Source: Candidatus Bipolaricaulota bacterium | Lineage (GTDB): Bacteria; Bipolaricaulota; Bipolaricaulia; Bipolaricaulales; Bipolaricaulaceae | DNA: 64,000 bases | Direction: 5' to 3' | Assembly: GCA_046483725.1 (NCBI GenBank) | Contig: JAWOCQ010000056.1 | Location: forward strand, 9,298-73,297 | In this document: piece after piece, positions 40,650 to 50,803 of the stretch | Layout: each line of letters opens with the position of its first letter | How positions within the stretch are numbered: the first letter of the stretch is position 1 | Program-made: the position numbers and the translations under genes | Notes under the pieces: generated by a model | Told to the model about the DNA's origin: nothing | Database searches by the model: none | Seen by the model: the letters and a program-made list of their open reading frames with translations, nothing else

Positions 40650-40667
40650 GCAACGGGGACTGTCCCC

Positions 40668-41525
40668 TCAAGCGAACTCGGAGAGCAGCGGCGCCAGCTC
40701 TTCAGCCGTCGGCAAGGGCCGTTCAGCAAGCGGTCCTTCCTGTAGCACCGGATGCTGGTCCTGGAATGTAGCTCCCTCGCGTCTGTACAGCACCCCCGTG
40801 AAGATTCGGTCCTCGCCGCTTGTGGCTACGGAGAAGGCAGCCTTGCGGTCCGCAGGATTGTGTCCCTCATCCTCCAGTCGGAACACACGCTGCTTGAACC
40901 AGGCGAAGGTGTTTACCCGATTCCACACCGGACAGGGCTGCAGCACGTTGACCAGCGAGAACCCCTTGTGCCGCACCGCCTCGGCGATGAGCTCCGCCGT
41001 ACTGGCCACATCCCCGGCAAAGGCCTGTCCGACAAACGGCGCGTCAAGCGCCAAGGCCAGGGCGGCTGGGTTGAACGGTGCACTCAGGGAGCCGAAGGGT
41101 TGCGCTTTCGTCTTATACCCGTGAGCCGCCGTGGGAGAAGCCTGCCCTTTGGTCAACCCGTACACGCGGTTGTCGTGCGCCAACACCGTGATATCCACGT
41201 TGCGCCTGATGTTGTGTAGTAGGTGATTTCCACCCTCTCCATACAAGTCCCCATCGCCCGAGTCGGCGATCACAGCGAGGTCATGGCGGGCCATCTTGAT
41301 CCCCGCAGCGGCGGCGACCGTACGGCCGTGGAGGCCGTTGAAGCCATTTACGGAGACATAGTGAGCCATCTTCGCCGCCTGGCCGATTCCGGTCACAAGC
41401 ACCACCCGATGCGGCGGCAGTTCAAGGAAGGAAAGAGCCTTGGCCAAGGCCTGTCGGATCCCGAAGTTCCCACAACCGGGGCACCATGCAAGCTCTACAT
41501 CGGTGAGATACTCCTTGGCATTCAC
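40668..41525 (-). CDS. korB: 2-oxoacid:ferredoxin oxidoreductase, beta (TPP-binding) subunit
   Basis: GTG at 41525 overlaps the alpha-subunit stop (GTGA). WCPGCGNFG and TPP motif ADSGDGDLYGEGGNH. Confidence 0.9.
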   Translation of the reverse strand: MNAKEYLTDVELAWCPGCGNFGIRQALAKALSFLELPPHRVVLVTGIGQAAKMAHYVSVNGFNGLHGRTVAAAAGIKMARHDLAVIADSGDGDLYGEGGNHLLHNIRRNVDITVLAHDNRVYGLTKGQASPTAAHGYKTKAQPFGSLSAPFNPAALALALDAPFVGQAFAGDVASTAELIAEAVRHKGFSLVNVLQPCPVWNRVNTFAWFKQRVFRLEDEGHNPADRKAAFSVATSGEDRIFTGVLYRREGATFQDQHPVLQEGPLAERPLPTAEELAPLLSEFA

Positions 41526-43201
41526 GCTTCCACCTCCCGGGCAATGCCCTCCGCAGTTAGCGGCCGCCCGTCGTAGCGACCTATGCAGCGCTCCACCTGC
41601 CGGCCGGTCTGCTGGGCGACAAGCTGGGCCAGCTGGCCGGTGGCGTTTGCTTCTACGGCAATCACCCGCTCCGCCTCGCGGAACACCTGTATTAGCTCCT
41701 CGGTCCGCAGGGGCCACAGTTCGGAAAAGTGTATCAGGCCGTAGTTACCGCCATTTGCGTTCAGCCCATCCACCGCTTCCCGGATCGCCCCATAGGTGGA
41801 GCCCCAACCCAGGCAAACCGTCCGGCCTTCAAACGAACCCGCAGGGTATAGCGTGGGCGGGGCCACGTCCTCCAGTAATCCCTTTTCCTTGCGCAGGCGC
41901 TTCTCGGTCATCTCCTTGCGGATTTGCAGATCCTCGGTGATCCGTCCGTACGAGTCGTGCTCGTCCGAATCGACGAGCACAAGCTTGTCGGAGACCCCGG
42001 GCGCGGCCCGCGGAGAGACCCCCGAATCGGTGAGAGCAAAACGGTCGTAGTTTTCCATGGCCGCGAGTTCCTCTGCCGACAGAAGGTGCGAGCGCGGAGC
42101 AACCCGGCTTGCATCGAGCGGATTGCACACATTGTAGCTTTCCACCAGGTACTGATCGGTGAGGATCAGCGCGGGGACCTGGTGCTTTTCGGCCAGGTCG
42201 AACGCCTTGCCCGTGAGGTAGAACGCTTCCTCCGCAGTCCGCGGAGCCACCACGTAGCGGGGGAACTCGCCGTGGCCGGCGTGAATCGCAAACAGGAGCT
42301 CCTCCTGCCCCGTGCGCGTGGGGAGCCCCGTGGCCGGCGCCGGCCGCTGGCCGATGTGGATGACCACTGGAGTCTCGATCATCCCCGCCAAGGAAAGCCC
42401 CTCCACCATTAGGGAAAAGCCACCGCCGGCCGTGGTCAGCATGGACCGCACGCCGGCGTACGCCGCGCCCAAGGCCATGTTGATGGCAGCGATCTCGTCC
42501 TCCGCCTGTTCCACCACCAGCCCCCACCGGCTCGCCCGCTCCGCCAGGTAGGTAAGCACTGCGGTGCCCGGCGTCATCGGATAGGACGAGACGTATCGGC
42601 ACCCGGCCACGACCGCACCCGCGCCCACTGCAGCACCCCCGGTAAGGAGCATCCGCTCGCCCTTACCATAAGCTGCCGGGGGCACCTTCAACCGTGGTTC
42701 GCCTGCGCGCTGGGCCCCCAAGGCAAGCGCTTTCAGATTGAGTTCGGCCCTGTCGCCAAAGACTTCGCGTACCACTTCGGCCAGCGGCTCCTCGCCGATC
42801 CCCGCCACCTTGGCAGCCGCACCCAACATCACCATGTTGGCGGCGATGGGAAGCTTCAGTTCGTCCTTGGCCAGCCGCTTGGCCGGAATACGTACTACCT
42901 TGCCCGCCGCCTCCAGCTCCTCCTCACAGACGACCCAGCCGCCGTCCGCCAAGGTGGGCAGGTATTGGTCCAGCATTTCCTGGTTCAGTGCCACCAGCAG
43001 GTCTGTATCCTCGCGTGTGCCCCCCGTAGGCTCCTCGGTCAGCCTGACGGCGAAGGCGTTCTCTCCCCCGCGGATGCGCGAGTGATAGCTTTGTTCAGCA
43101 TGCAGAGTAAGGCCCTTGCGAAAAGCACCTCGCGCCAGCACCGCCCCTACGGTCTGAACCCCCTGCCCAGCCGCGCCGACAATGCGGATCACAAGGTCCA
43201 T
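41522..43201 (-). CDS. korA: 2-oxoacid:ferredoxin oxidoreductase, alpha subunit (gamma-like N-terminal domain fused to alpha domain)
   Basis: N-terminus IVGAAGQGVQTVG (gamma-type), then the pyrimidine-binding alpha domain (YPMTPGT). Confidence 0.9.
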   Translation of the reverse strand: MDLVIRIVGAAGQGVQTVGAVLARGAFRKGLTLHAEQSYHSRIRGGENAFAVRLTEEPTGGTREDTDLLVALNQEMLDQYLPTLADGGWVVCEEELEAAGKVVRIPAKRLAKDELKLPIAANMVMLGAAAKVAGIGEEPLAEVVREVFGDRAELNLKALALGAQRAGEPRLKVPPAAYGKGERMLLTGGAAVGAGAVVAGCRYVSSYPMTPGTAVLTYLAERASRWGLVVEQAEDEIAAINMALGAAYAGVRSMLTTAGGGFSLMVEGLSLAGMIETPVVIHIGQRPAPATGLPTRTGQEELLFAIHAGHGEFPRYVVAPRTAEEAFYLTGKAFDLAEKHQVPALILTDQYLVESYNVCNPLDASRVAPRSHLLSAEELAAMENYDRFALTDSGVSPRAAPGVSDKLVLVDSDEHDSYGRITEDLQIRKEMTEKRLRKEKGLLEDVAPPTLYPAGSFEGRTVCLGWGSTYGAIREAVDGLNANGGNYGLIHFSELWPLRTEELIQVFREAERVIAVEANATGQLAQLVAQQTGRQVERCIGRYDGRPLTAEGIAREVEA

Positions 43202-43254
43202 GCTCGCTCACCTCTCTTGCGCGCTCCAGCAATCAAAGGGTACTGTCCCCTTTG

Positions 43255-43458
43255 TTAGCGGAGGCGCAAATAAACGTGCAGCAGGCCGCCGATGGCCGCC
43301 CCTGCGCCAGCACCGAACGCAGCATCCTCAAAGAACACCCCTACCACTGCACCCACTACCGCCCCAAAAACAAGGTCCCGGCCCAGGCCCCACCACAATG
43401 GTCTGGAGGCGCCTTCCGCTCGCCTCACGTTGCCTCGGCGGCGTCCTCTTGAGTCCAC
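43255..43458 (-). CDS. Possible small glycine-zipper membrane peptide (weak call)
   Basis: FGAVVGAVVGVFF ... FGAGAGAAIGGLL. The only sizeable ORF in the gap between the two oxidoreductase operons. Its 5' end overlaps the porB 3' end; no clear RBS. Confidence 0.25.
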   Translation of the reverse strand: MDSRGRRRGNVRRAEGASRPLWWGLGRDLVFGAVVGAVVGVFFEDAAFGAGAGAAIGGLLHVYLRLR

Positions 43459-44384
43459 TTCTCCTTCTTAAGAAGCTGGTTCCAATGGCGGTCTACGGCC
43501 GCCTGGATTTCCTCGAGCTTGGGCTTGAGATCAGGGTTCTTGAACAGGTGCCGGAACCGTCCCTGGCCCTTCAGCCACTCCTCCACCGGAACGTGTTCTT
43601 TGGGCTTGTAGTTGATCTTGTACCGGCCTTCCACCACCTCATACAGGGGCCAGTAGCGGGTCTCAACCGCGAGCTTCGCCATGGGAACGGAGCTGTCGCG
43701 CTTGGTGCGCCAGCCCAACGGGCAGGTAACAAGCACGTTCAGGAACTTAGGGCCCTCGTAGCTCATCGCTCGCTCTACCTTGTTGGCCAGATCGATCAGG
43801 TTGGACACGGATGCCTGGGCCACGTATGGCACATGGTGTGCGGCCACGATGGAGGTCATGTCCTTGCGGTCCTGCGGTTTGCCGGGGATGGCGTCCCCCA
43901 CCGGCGAGGTCGTGGCCGAGGCACAGGACGGCGTTGCGCTGGAGCGCTGTACACCGGTATTCATGTATGCTTCGTTGTTCAAACACACGTACAAGAAATC
44001 GTGCCCCCGCTCCAGGGCCCCGGAAAGAGACTGCAGGCCAATATCGTAGGTGCCCCCATCGCCGGCAAATGCCAGGAACCGGATCCGACGATCCATCTTG
44101 CCTGCCCGAACTAGTCCGTTGTAGGCGGCTTCCACCCCGGCGATCGTAGCTGCCGCGTTCTCAAACGCAGAGTGGATCCACGGCACGTTCCACGTTGTTC
44201 CCGGGTAGCGGCTTGTGGCCACCTCCAGACAGCCAGTGGCATTGGCCACCACTACGGGATCCTCAATTGCGTTAAGGATGGTGCGCACCACCATCGGCTC
44301 GGCACACCCGGCGCACAAAGAGTGCCCGGGCGAGAACCGTACCCGGCTTTCCTCACGAGCTGCCAGCGTCTTGATGTTTGGCAT
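43425..44384 (-). CDS. porB: Pyruvate:ferredoxin oxidoreductase beta subunit
   Basis: CAGCAEP ..., TPP motif FAGDGGTYDIGLQSL and 319 aa. Confidence 0.92.
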   Translation of the reverse strand: MPNIKTLAAREESRVRFSPGHSLCAGCAEPMVVRTILNAIEDPVVVANATGCLEVATSRYPGTTWNVPWIHSAFENAAATIAGVEAAYNGLVRAGKMDRRIRFLAFAGDGGTYDIGLQSLSGALERGHDFLYVCLNNEAYMNTGVQRSSATPSCASATTSPVGDAIPGKPQDRKDMTSIVAAHHVPYVAQASVSNLIDLANKVERAMSYEGPKFLNVLVTCPLGWRTKRDSSVPMAKLAVETRYWPLYEVVEGRYKINYKPKEHVPVEEWLKGQGRFRHLFKNPDLKPKLEEIQAAVDRHWNQLLKKEKWTQEDAAEAT

Positions 44385-44393
44385 TTTCCTCCC

Positions 44394-45557
44394 TCACTCC
44401 CGTAGCCCGATGTACCGCAGCCCCTTGTCCACCTGGGCCGTCTTCATCTCAGCCAGGGTGTGAGTAAGCTGCTGGGGCGTGGTGTCTCGCCCGCCCAGAC
44501 CGTAGATGTAGTTCAGCAGCGCCGGGCGGCGATCTCGGTGCATCAATGCAGTGGCAACATCCGAGTACAGCGCACCATACGCCCCGAACGATACCGCTCG
44601 GTCGAGGACGGCCACCTGCTTCACGTGGGCTAGCGCCTCGGCCACCGCGGCATATGGGAAGGGCCTGTACAGCCACACCTTTAGCAGGCCCACCTTTTCC
44701 CCTGCCGCCCGCAGCTCGTCCACGGCGACTTTGGCCGTCCCCGCAGTGGAGCCCATAACCACCACTGCCCGCTCGGCGTCCTCCAGCCGGTAGCTTTCGA
44801 AGTATCCCCGGTAGCCGCGACCGGCCGACTTATCGTACTCCTTCTGCACCTCCAGAAACGCCTCCGGAGCCGCTTCGATCGCCGCCACCTGGGCCCGCTT
44901 TAGCTCGAAGTAGTAGTCGGGCATGGCGAACGGCCCCCAGGTGGAGGGGTTATCCACGTCCAACAGCGGGTACACCGGGGTGTAGGAGCCAACAAACTTC
45001 TTGGCGATCTCGTCCTCCAACGGCTCTACCACCTGTACTGAGTGGGTCAGGGTGAACCCGTCCAGGTTTACGAGCATAGGAAGCCGCACGTTGTCACGTT
45101 CAGCCAGTTTCTGGGCGATCAGCGTGTAGTCGTAGGCTTCTTGCGCCGACTCGGCAAATATCTGTACTGCTCCGGCATCACGTGCGAGGTACGCGTCGGA
45201 GTGGTCACAGTGAATGTTGATGGGACCGGAGAGCGCCCGGTTGGCCAAGGCCGTGACGATGGGAAGCCTCATGCTGGCCGCGATGTACAGAATCTCCACC
45301 ATCAGGGCAAGCCCCTGAGAAGCCGTGGCGGTCATCACCCGGCCGCCGGCGGCCGCCGCCCCCACACAAGCGGACATTGCCGAATGCTCGCTTTCCACAG
45401 GCACCAACTCGGTGCTTACCACGCCATTGTGCACATATTCTGCGTAGTACTCGGCTATCTCCGACTGCGGTGTGATGGGGTACACTGCCACCACGTCTGG
45501 CTCGATCTGCCGCATGGCCTCGGCCACTGCCTTGTGACCCGTCATCACCTTGCGCAT
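44394..45557 (-). CDS. porA: Pyruvate:ferredoxin oxidoreductase alpha subunit
   Basis: ATG at 45557; MTGHKAVAEAMRQIEPDVVAVYPITPQSEI. Confidence 0.92.
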   Translation of the reverse strand: MRKVMTGHKAVAEAMRQIEPDVVAVYPITPQSEIAEYYAEYVHNGVVSTELVPVESEHSAMSACVGAAAAGGRVMTATASQGLALMVEILYIAASMRLPIVTALANRALSGPINIHCDHSDAYLARDAGAVQIFAESAQEAYDYTLIAQKLAERDNVRLPMLVNLDGFTLTHSVQVVEPLEDEIAKKFVGSYTPVYPLLDVDNPSTWGPFAMPDYYFELKRAQVAAIEAAPEAFLEVQKEYDKSAGRGYRGYFESYRLEDAERAVVVMGSTAGTAKVAVDELRAAGEKVGLLKVWLYRPFPYAAVAEALAHVKQVAVLDRAVSFGAYGALYSDVATALMHRDRRPALLNYIYGLGGRDTTPQQLTHTLAEMKTAQVDKGLRYIGLRE

Positions 45558-45847
45558 TCCGCACCCCCTTCGGGGACCATGTCGATGGCGTCTACGGGGC
45601 ATATGCCTGCGCATACCGCACACCCCTTGCAGTGATCGTAGTCCACTCCGGTAACCTCCCCCTCCTTGATCTCGATGGAGTCGTCCGGGCAGTGAAGCCA
45701 ACACTGAAGGCACTGGATGCACTTTTCCTCGTTCCAGATCGGCCGCAGGGAGCGCCAGCTGCCGGTCTTATTCAATTCCGGCTTGGCACCTCCAGGTACC
45801 ACACCACCGATTGGGAGGTCCTTCCAACTCTTTAGCTCAACCGCCAA
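45545..45847 (-). CDS. porD: Pyruvate:ferredoxin oxidoreductase delta subunit (2x[4Fe-4S])
   Basis: CIQCLQCWLHCP and CKGCAVCAGICP. Confidence 0.9.
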   Translation of the reverse strand: MAVELKSWKDLPIGGVVPGGAKPELNKTGSWRSLRPIWNEEKCIQCLQCWLHCPDDSIEIKEGEVTGVDYDHCKGCAVCAGICPVDAIDMVPEGGAECAR

Positions 45848-46403
45848 CTTGCACCCCTTTCCCAGCCTCGTACCCTCCCCGCAGGGCTACCAGGTTCTTA
45901 TCCAAGATCTCCTTCGATAGCTTACCTCCCATGGTCTCGCGCACCTCATCTTCCACCACTTGCAGATCGCTCCCCAGGGCACCCGCCACTGCACCCAACA
46001 TGGGGATGTTGGGGAACCCAGTGCCCGCATCATCTGCGATCTTGTCGGCATCAAGCACCACTATATTGCCGGAGAATCCTGTGCGAGACCGGACATCTTC
46101 CGCCGAGCATGTAGTGTTCACGATCATCGTGCCGTCCGGCTTGAGTCCCTCCGCAGGGTTCTCCGTGTCCAAGAGAGATTCGTCCACCACTACGGCCACA
46201 TGCGGCTCGTAAACACCGGAGTGAATCTTTATCTCCCCGTCATCTATGCGGTTGAAGGCCCGTACCGGCGCACCTGATCGCTCGGGCCCGTACTCGGGAA
46301 AGCTCTGCACGTGCTTGCCTTCCCGCAAGTTGATCTGGGCAAGGATCTGGGACACGGTTTTTGCTCCCTGACCTCCACGCCCGTGCCAACGTATCTCTTT
46401 CAT
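45837..46403 (-). CDS. porG: Pyruvate:ferredoxin oxidoreductase gamma subunit
   Basis: ATG at 46403 after GGAGGAGGG; IRWHGRGGQGAKTVSQILA. Confidence 0.9.
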   Translation of the reverse strand: MKEIRWHGRGGQGAKTVSQILAQINLREGKHVQSFPEYGPERSGAPVRAFNRIDDGEIKIHSGVYEPHVAVVVDESLLDTENPAEGLKPDGTMIVNTTCSAEDVRSRTGFSGNIVVLDADKIADDAGTGFPNIPMLGAVAGALGSDLQVVEDEVRETMGGKLSKEILDKNLVALRGGYEAGKGVQVGG

Positions 46404-46431
46404 AACGCCCTCCTCCATAACAATGACTCGC

Positions 46432-46461
46432 ATTGTACCCACAAGGAGGCGTCTATCTCAA
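46432..46461 (-). promoter_or_regulatory. Candidate promoter for porGDAB
   Basis: Minus strand reads TTGAGA (46456-46461), 18-nt spacer, TACAAT (46432-46437). Confidence 0.35.
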
Positions 46462-46481
46462 CGTTGCAGTCTCGATTCGCA

Positions 46482-46523
46482 GGGAAATGGGAAAGGGGAC
46501 AGGCCCCTCCGGGGCCTGTCCCC
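46482..46523 (-). terminator. Intrinsic terminator downstream of the Crp/Fnr gene
   Basis: 13-bp perfect stem GGGGACAGGCCCC / GGGGCCTGTCCCC (46495-46507 / 46511-46523), followed on the minus strand by TTTCCCATTTCCC. Confidence 0.7.
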
Positions 46524-46561
46524 CTTACCACTGCCGGGGGAGGATTAGAAAGGTCGCGAGT

Positions 46562-47221
46562 TTAGGAACCGCACTTGTCCTTTAGTCCCTCCAGATCTTT
46601 GATGATTATCTGGTATCGCCGCTTGCCCAATATTCCCTCCCGCTCAAAGCGGTTGAGCGTCATGGTCGTGTTCTCGCGGGCCGAGCCGATCATCTCGGCC
46701 AGATCCCGGTGGGTGAGGCGAAAGCTGATAACGATGCCTTCCTTCGTCTTCACCCCATACTCATGCGAAAGTCGCAGAAGCTGTCGGGATAGCCGGCTTT
46801 GGATATCTCGGAAGGCCAGGTCCTCAATTATCTCCTCCAAATCACGGATCCAGAGGCCAAACAGCTCCAGAAGCTGGACCAACACATCGGGGCGATGGCG
46901 AAGCCAGGCCAGACATGCCCCACGACTCACCCGCACGATCGCACCGTCTTCTACAGCCACAGCCTGATGCCGACGGCGGTGTTCTCCAACCAGGGCCATT
47001 TCCCCGAACATCTCCCCCGGACCCCGTAGCGCCATGGTGAGGCGCTTTCCTGACGGGTCCAGATACGACACCTTAACGTTGCCCCTCTCCACGAAGTAGA
47101 CAGCCTCGCTGGGGGTCCCCGGGTAGTAAATCGTCTCCCTGGCAGGAACCTCCTCCCGATCCCCCTGCTCCAACAACGGACCTATTCCCGGCAGCAACCA
47201 CTTCTCGCGTGTGCTCTGCAT
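46562..47221 (-). CDS. Crp/Fnr-family transcriptional regulator
   Basis: cNMP-binding-like N-domain (FGEMALVG) and C-terminal HTH (RDLAEMIGSARENTTMTLNRFEREGIL). Confidence 0.9.
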   Translation of the reverse strand: MQSTREKWLLPGIGPLLEQGDREEVPARETIYYPGTPSEAVYFVERGNVKVSYLDPSGKRLTMALRGPGEMFGEMALVGEHRRRHQAVAVEDGAIVRVSRGACLAWLRHRPDVLVQLLELFGLWIRDLEEIIEDLAFRDIQSRLSRQLLRLSHEYGVKTKEGIVISFRLTHRDLAEMIGSARENTTMTLNRFEREGILGKRRYQIIIKDLEGLKDKCGS

Positions 47222-47230
47222 GACGTGATG

Positions 47231-47259
47231 AGAGTACTGCCAGCTGCATGGCTTTCGAA
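47231..47259 (-). promoter_or_regulatory. Candidate promoter for the Crp/Fnr gene (would give a near-leaderless mRNA)
   Basis: Minus strand reads TTCGAA (47254-47259), 17-nt spacer, TACTCT (47231-47236). Only 9 nt separate the -10 from the ATG, and there is no Shine-Dalgarno sequence. Confidence 0.35.
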
Positions 47260-47296
47260 GGAATCAGGGCGTCCAACGCGGTGGTCTCGGGGGTCT

Positions 47297-47328
47297 AAAA
47301 AAAAGAAACGCGTCCCCTAGCGGACGCG
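47297..47328 (-). terminator. Intrinsic terminator directly after the 16S rRNA trailer
   Basis: Stem CGCGTCC / GGACGCG (47309-47315 / 47322-47328), followed on the minus strand by TTTCTTTTTTTT. Confidence 0.8.
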
Positions 47329-47338
47329 CACACGTACT

Positions 47339-47369
47339 GTGGACAGGTCGCGATGAGGCTCCATCGTTC
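47339..47369 (-). other. 16S trailer strand of the leader-trailer (RNase III-type) processing stem
   Basis: Trailer RNA GAACGAUGG...CAUCG-CG-ACCUGUCCAC is complementary to leader GUGGACAGGU-AAG-CGAUG...CCAUCGUUC (49006-49039). Blocks of 10, 5 and 9 bp. Confidence 0.55.
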
Positions 47370-47404
47370 AGGAAGGCTGGGTGCTCCTCGAAAGGTTTAC
47401 TCCC

Positions 47405-48975
<1,571 letters not shown>

Positions 48976-49005
48976 TTTAGCTCAGTTTCGGGTGTTACTC
49001 AAAAG

Positions 49006-49039
49006 GAACGATGGGATTCCCCATCGCTTACCTGTCCAC
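49006..49039 (-). other. 16S leader strand of the processing stem
   Basis: Complementary to 47339-47369 (see that feature). Confidence 0.55.
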
Positions 49040-49051
49040 TTTTCAAAGACC
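49039..49051 (-). promoter_or_regulatory. boxA-like antitermination element in the 16S leader
   Basis: Minus strand reads GGTCTTTGAAAAG, compared with the E. coli rrn boxA TGCTCTTTAACAA. It sits between the leader hairpin and the processing stem. Confidence 0.4.
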
Positions 49052-49064
49052 AGCCTTCCCCACA

Positions 49065-49082
49065 GCGCCCCTGGCGGGGCGC
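49065..49082 (-). promoter_or_regulatory. boxB-like hairpin at the start of the 16S leader
   Basis: 7-bp stem GCGCCCC / GGGGCGC with a 4-nt loop, immediately downstream of the predicted transcription start. Confidence 0.4.
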
Positions 49083-49091
49083 CGGCTTATC

Positions 49092-49120
49092 AGTATACAG
49101 CGCCCCTCAGCGGAGGTCAA
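49092..49120 (-). promoter_or_regulatory. Sigma-70-type promoter for the 16S rRNA gene
   Basis: Minus strand reads TTGACC (49115-49120), 17-nt spacer, TATACT (49092-49097), about 110 nt upstream of the mature 5' end. Confidence 0.6.
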
Positions 49121-49163
49121 GCGACCTTGCCTCCATCGGGAGCACCGTGCAGCATGATGCATC

Positions 49164-50126
49164 ATGGACCCCAGGGATGTCAAGATAGCAGTCCTTTGCG
49201 GTGGAGACAGCGCCGAGCGGGAGATATCGCGTCGCTCAGGAAGCGGCATCCTACGGGCGCTTAGGCGCCGGGAGTGGCGGGCCGAGCTGGTGGAGATCCA
49301 AGACTACAATGGACTGCCACAGCGGCTACGTAGCTACGGTGCAGTGTTCAACACCCTCCACGGAGCTGCCGGCGAGGATGGCACGGTACAGCTTCTCCTC
49401 GAGCTCATGGGGGTCCCCTATGTGGGCTCCGACCCGGCCGCCTCGGCCAGGGCCATGGACAAGGCAGAAACCCACCAACGGCTCTACGGCACGGGCCTGG
49501 CAACGGCCGACTGGAAAATCATCCCAGCGGACACCTCTCTTCGGGGCACGGTGCCCAATTCCGTCGGGTACCTGGGTTTCCCGCTTGTAGTGAAGCCACG
49601 GCGGGAGGGCTCCAGCGTCGGGCTTCACCTGGTAGAAGACGCCGAAAGCATTTCCTCCGCAGTGCAGGAGGTCGCTGCACGCTACGGCGACGTCCTAGTG
49701 GAGCGGTACATACCCGGCCGTGAGTTGACCGTGGCCGTATTGGACGAAAACCACGGCCCTCACCCGTTGCCCGTCGTCGAGCTCATCCCCCGCGGCCACA
49801 TGTTCGACTTCAGCGCCAAGTACACTCCAGGACACTGCCGCTTTGTCTGCCCGGCAGACCTCTCCCGGTCCGAGGAGCAGGCAGTGCATAAAGCGGCCCT
49901 TGATGCACATCGGGCGCTTGGTTGCCGGGACTTCTCCCGGGCAGACATCAGGCTGCATCCCGACGGAACAGCGTACGTGCTTGAGCTAAACACACTCCCT
50001 GGCATGACGGAGATGTCCACCTTCCCCCGAGCCGCAGCGGCGGCCGGAATCCCCTACGACGAGCTGCTCGAACGCCTGTTGTTACGCGCCATATCCCGGT
50101 TGCCGAACCCCTCCGCACTCGGGTAG
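49164..50126 (+). CDS. ddl: D-alanine--D-alanine ligase
   Basis: KIAVLCGGDSAEREIS start; ATP-grasp core with ELNTLPGMT. Confidence 0.95.
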   Translation: MDPRDVKIAVLCGGDSAEREISRRSGSGILRALRRREWRAELVEIQDYNGLPQRLRSYGAVFNTLHGAAGEDGTVQLLLELMGVPYVGSDPAASARAMDKAETHQRLYGTGLATADWKIIPADTSLRGTVPNSVGYLGFPLVVKPRREGSSVGLHLVEDAESISSAVQEVAARYGDVLVERYIPGRELTVAVLDENHGPHPLPVVELIPRGHMFDFSAKYTPGHCRFVCPADLSRSEEQAVHKAALDAHRALGCRDFSRADIRLHPDGTAYVLELNTLPGMTEMSTFPRAAAAAGIPYDELLERLLLRAISRLPNPSALG

Positions 50127-50146
50127 AGTAGCGGTAGCCCGAGGAG

Positions 50147-50803
50147 GTGATGCGTGTGAAGATTCGATGGCTCGGCCACGCCTGCTTCCGTATTGAGTCA
50201 GCCGACGGAACCGTCCTGCTCACGGACCCATACGACGAGAGCGTGCCGTACAAACCGCCGGAAGGACCCGCTCATGTAGTGCTTGTAACGCACGAGCATT
50301 TCGACCACAACGCCGTGGACCGGGTTCAGGGATCTCCCGAAGTCATCCGCGGTACAGGGGAGCAGTCTGCCCACGGGATCACCTTCCGCGGCATCCCCGC
50401 ATTCCACGATGCGGAAGGCGGGCGCCAGCGCGGTCACGATGTCATTTTCCGTTTCACCCTCGACGACGTAGTCTTGGCACACTTCGGCGATCTGGGGCAC
50501 AGCCTGACCGACGAGCAGCGCAAGCCCTTGGAGGAGGTTGAGGTAGCCTTCCTGCCCGTCGGAGGTCACTTCACCATCGGGGCAAAGGAGGCCGTGGATG
50601 TTGCCAAGGCGCTGCCCAATCTCAAGGTGCTGATCCCAATGCATTACCGAACAGATGCCATACCCGACTGGCCAATCCGACCGTTGGACGAGTTTCTGGC
50701 CGCCTCTCCCTTCGCGGTGACGCAGCTGAAGAAGCCCGAAGTCGAGCTCTCTCGGGTGGAGCTGCCACGCCGGCCAGAGGTGTGGGTACTTCACCATGCC
50801 TGA
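50147..50803 (+). CDS. MBL-fold metal-dependent hydrolase (UPF0173-like)
   Basis: KIRWLGHACFRIESADGTVLLTDPY ... THEHFDH. Confidence 0.85.
   Translation: MMRVKIRWLGHACFRIESADGTVLLTDPYDESVPYKPPEGPAHVVLVTHEHFDHNAVDRVQGSPEVIRGTGEQSAHGITFRGIPAFHDAEGGRQRGHDVIFRFTLDDVVLAHFGDLGHSLTDEQRKPLEEVEVAFLPVGGHFTIGAKEAVDVAKALPNLKVLIPMHYRTDAIPDWPIRPLDEFLAASPFAVTQLKKPEVELSRVELPRRPEVWVLHHA

Noticed and set aside
40655-40667. GGGGA-CTG-TCCCC hairpin between the convergent DUF4384 and korB genes, considered as a bidirectional terminator.
   Set aside because: It has only a 5-bp stem with a 3-nt loop and no flanking U-tracts, so it is too weak to call.
46562-47404. Expected 16S-23S spacer with tRNA-Ile/tRNA-Ala and a 23S gene downstream of the 16S.
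   Set aside because: I searched for them but found none. The sequence there is a trailer, a terminator and a protein-coding Crp/Fnr gene. This is reported as the unlinked-rrs finding.
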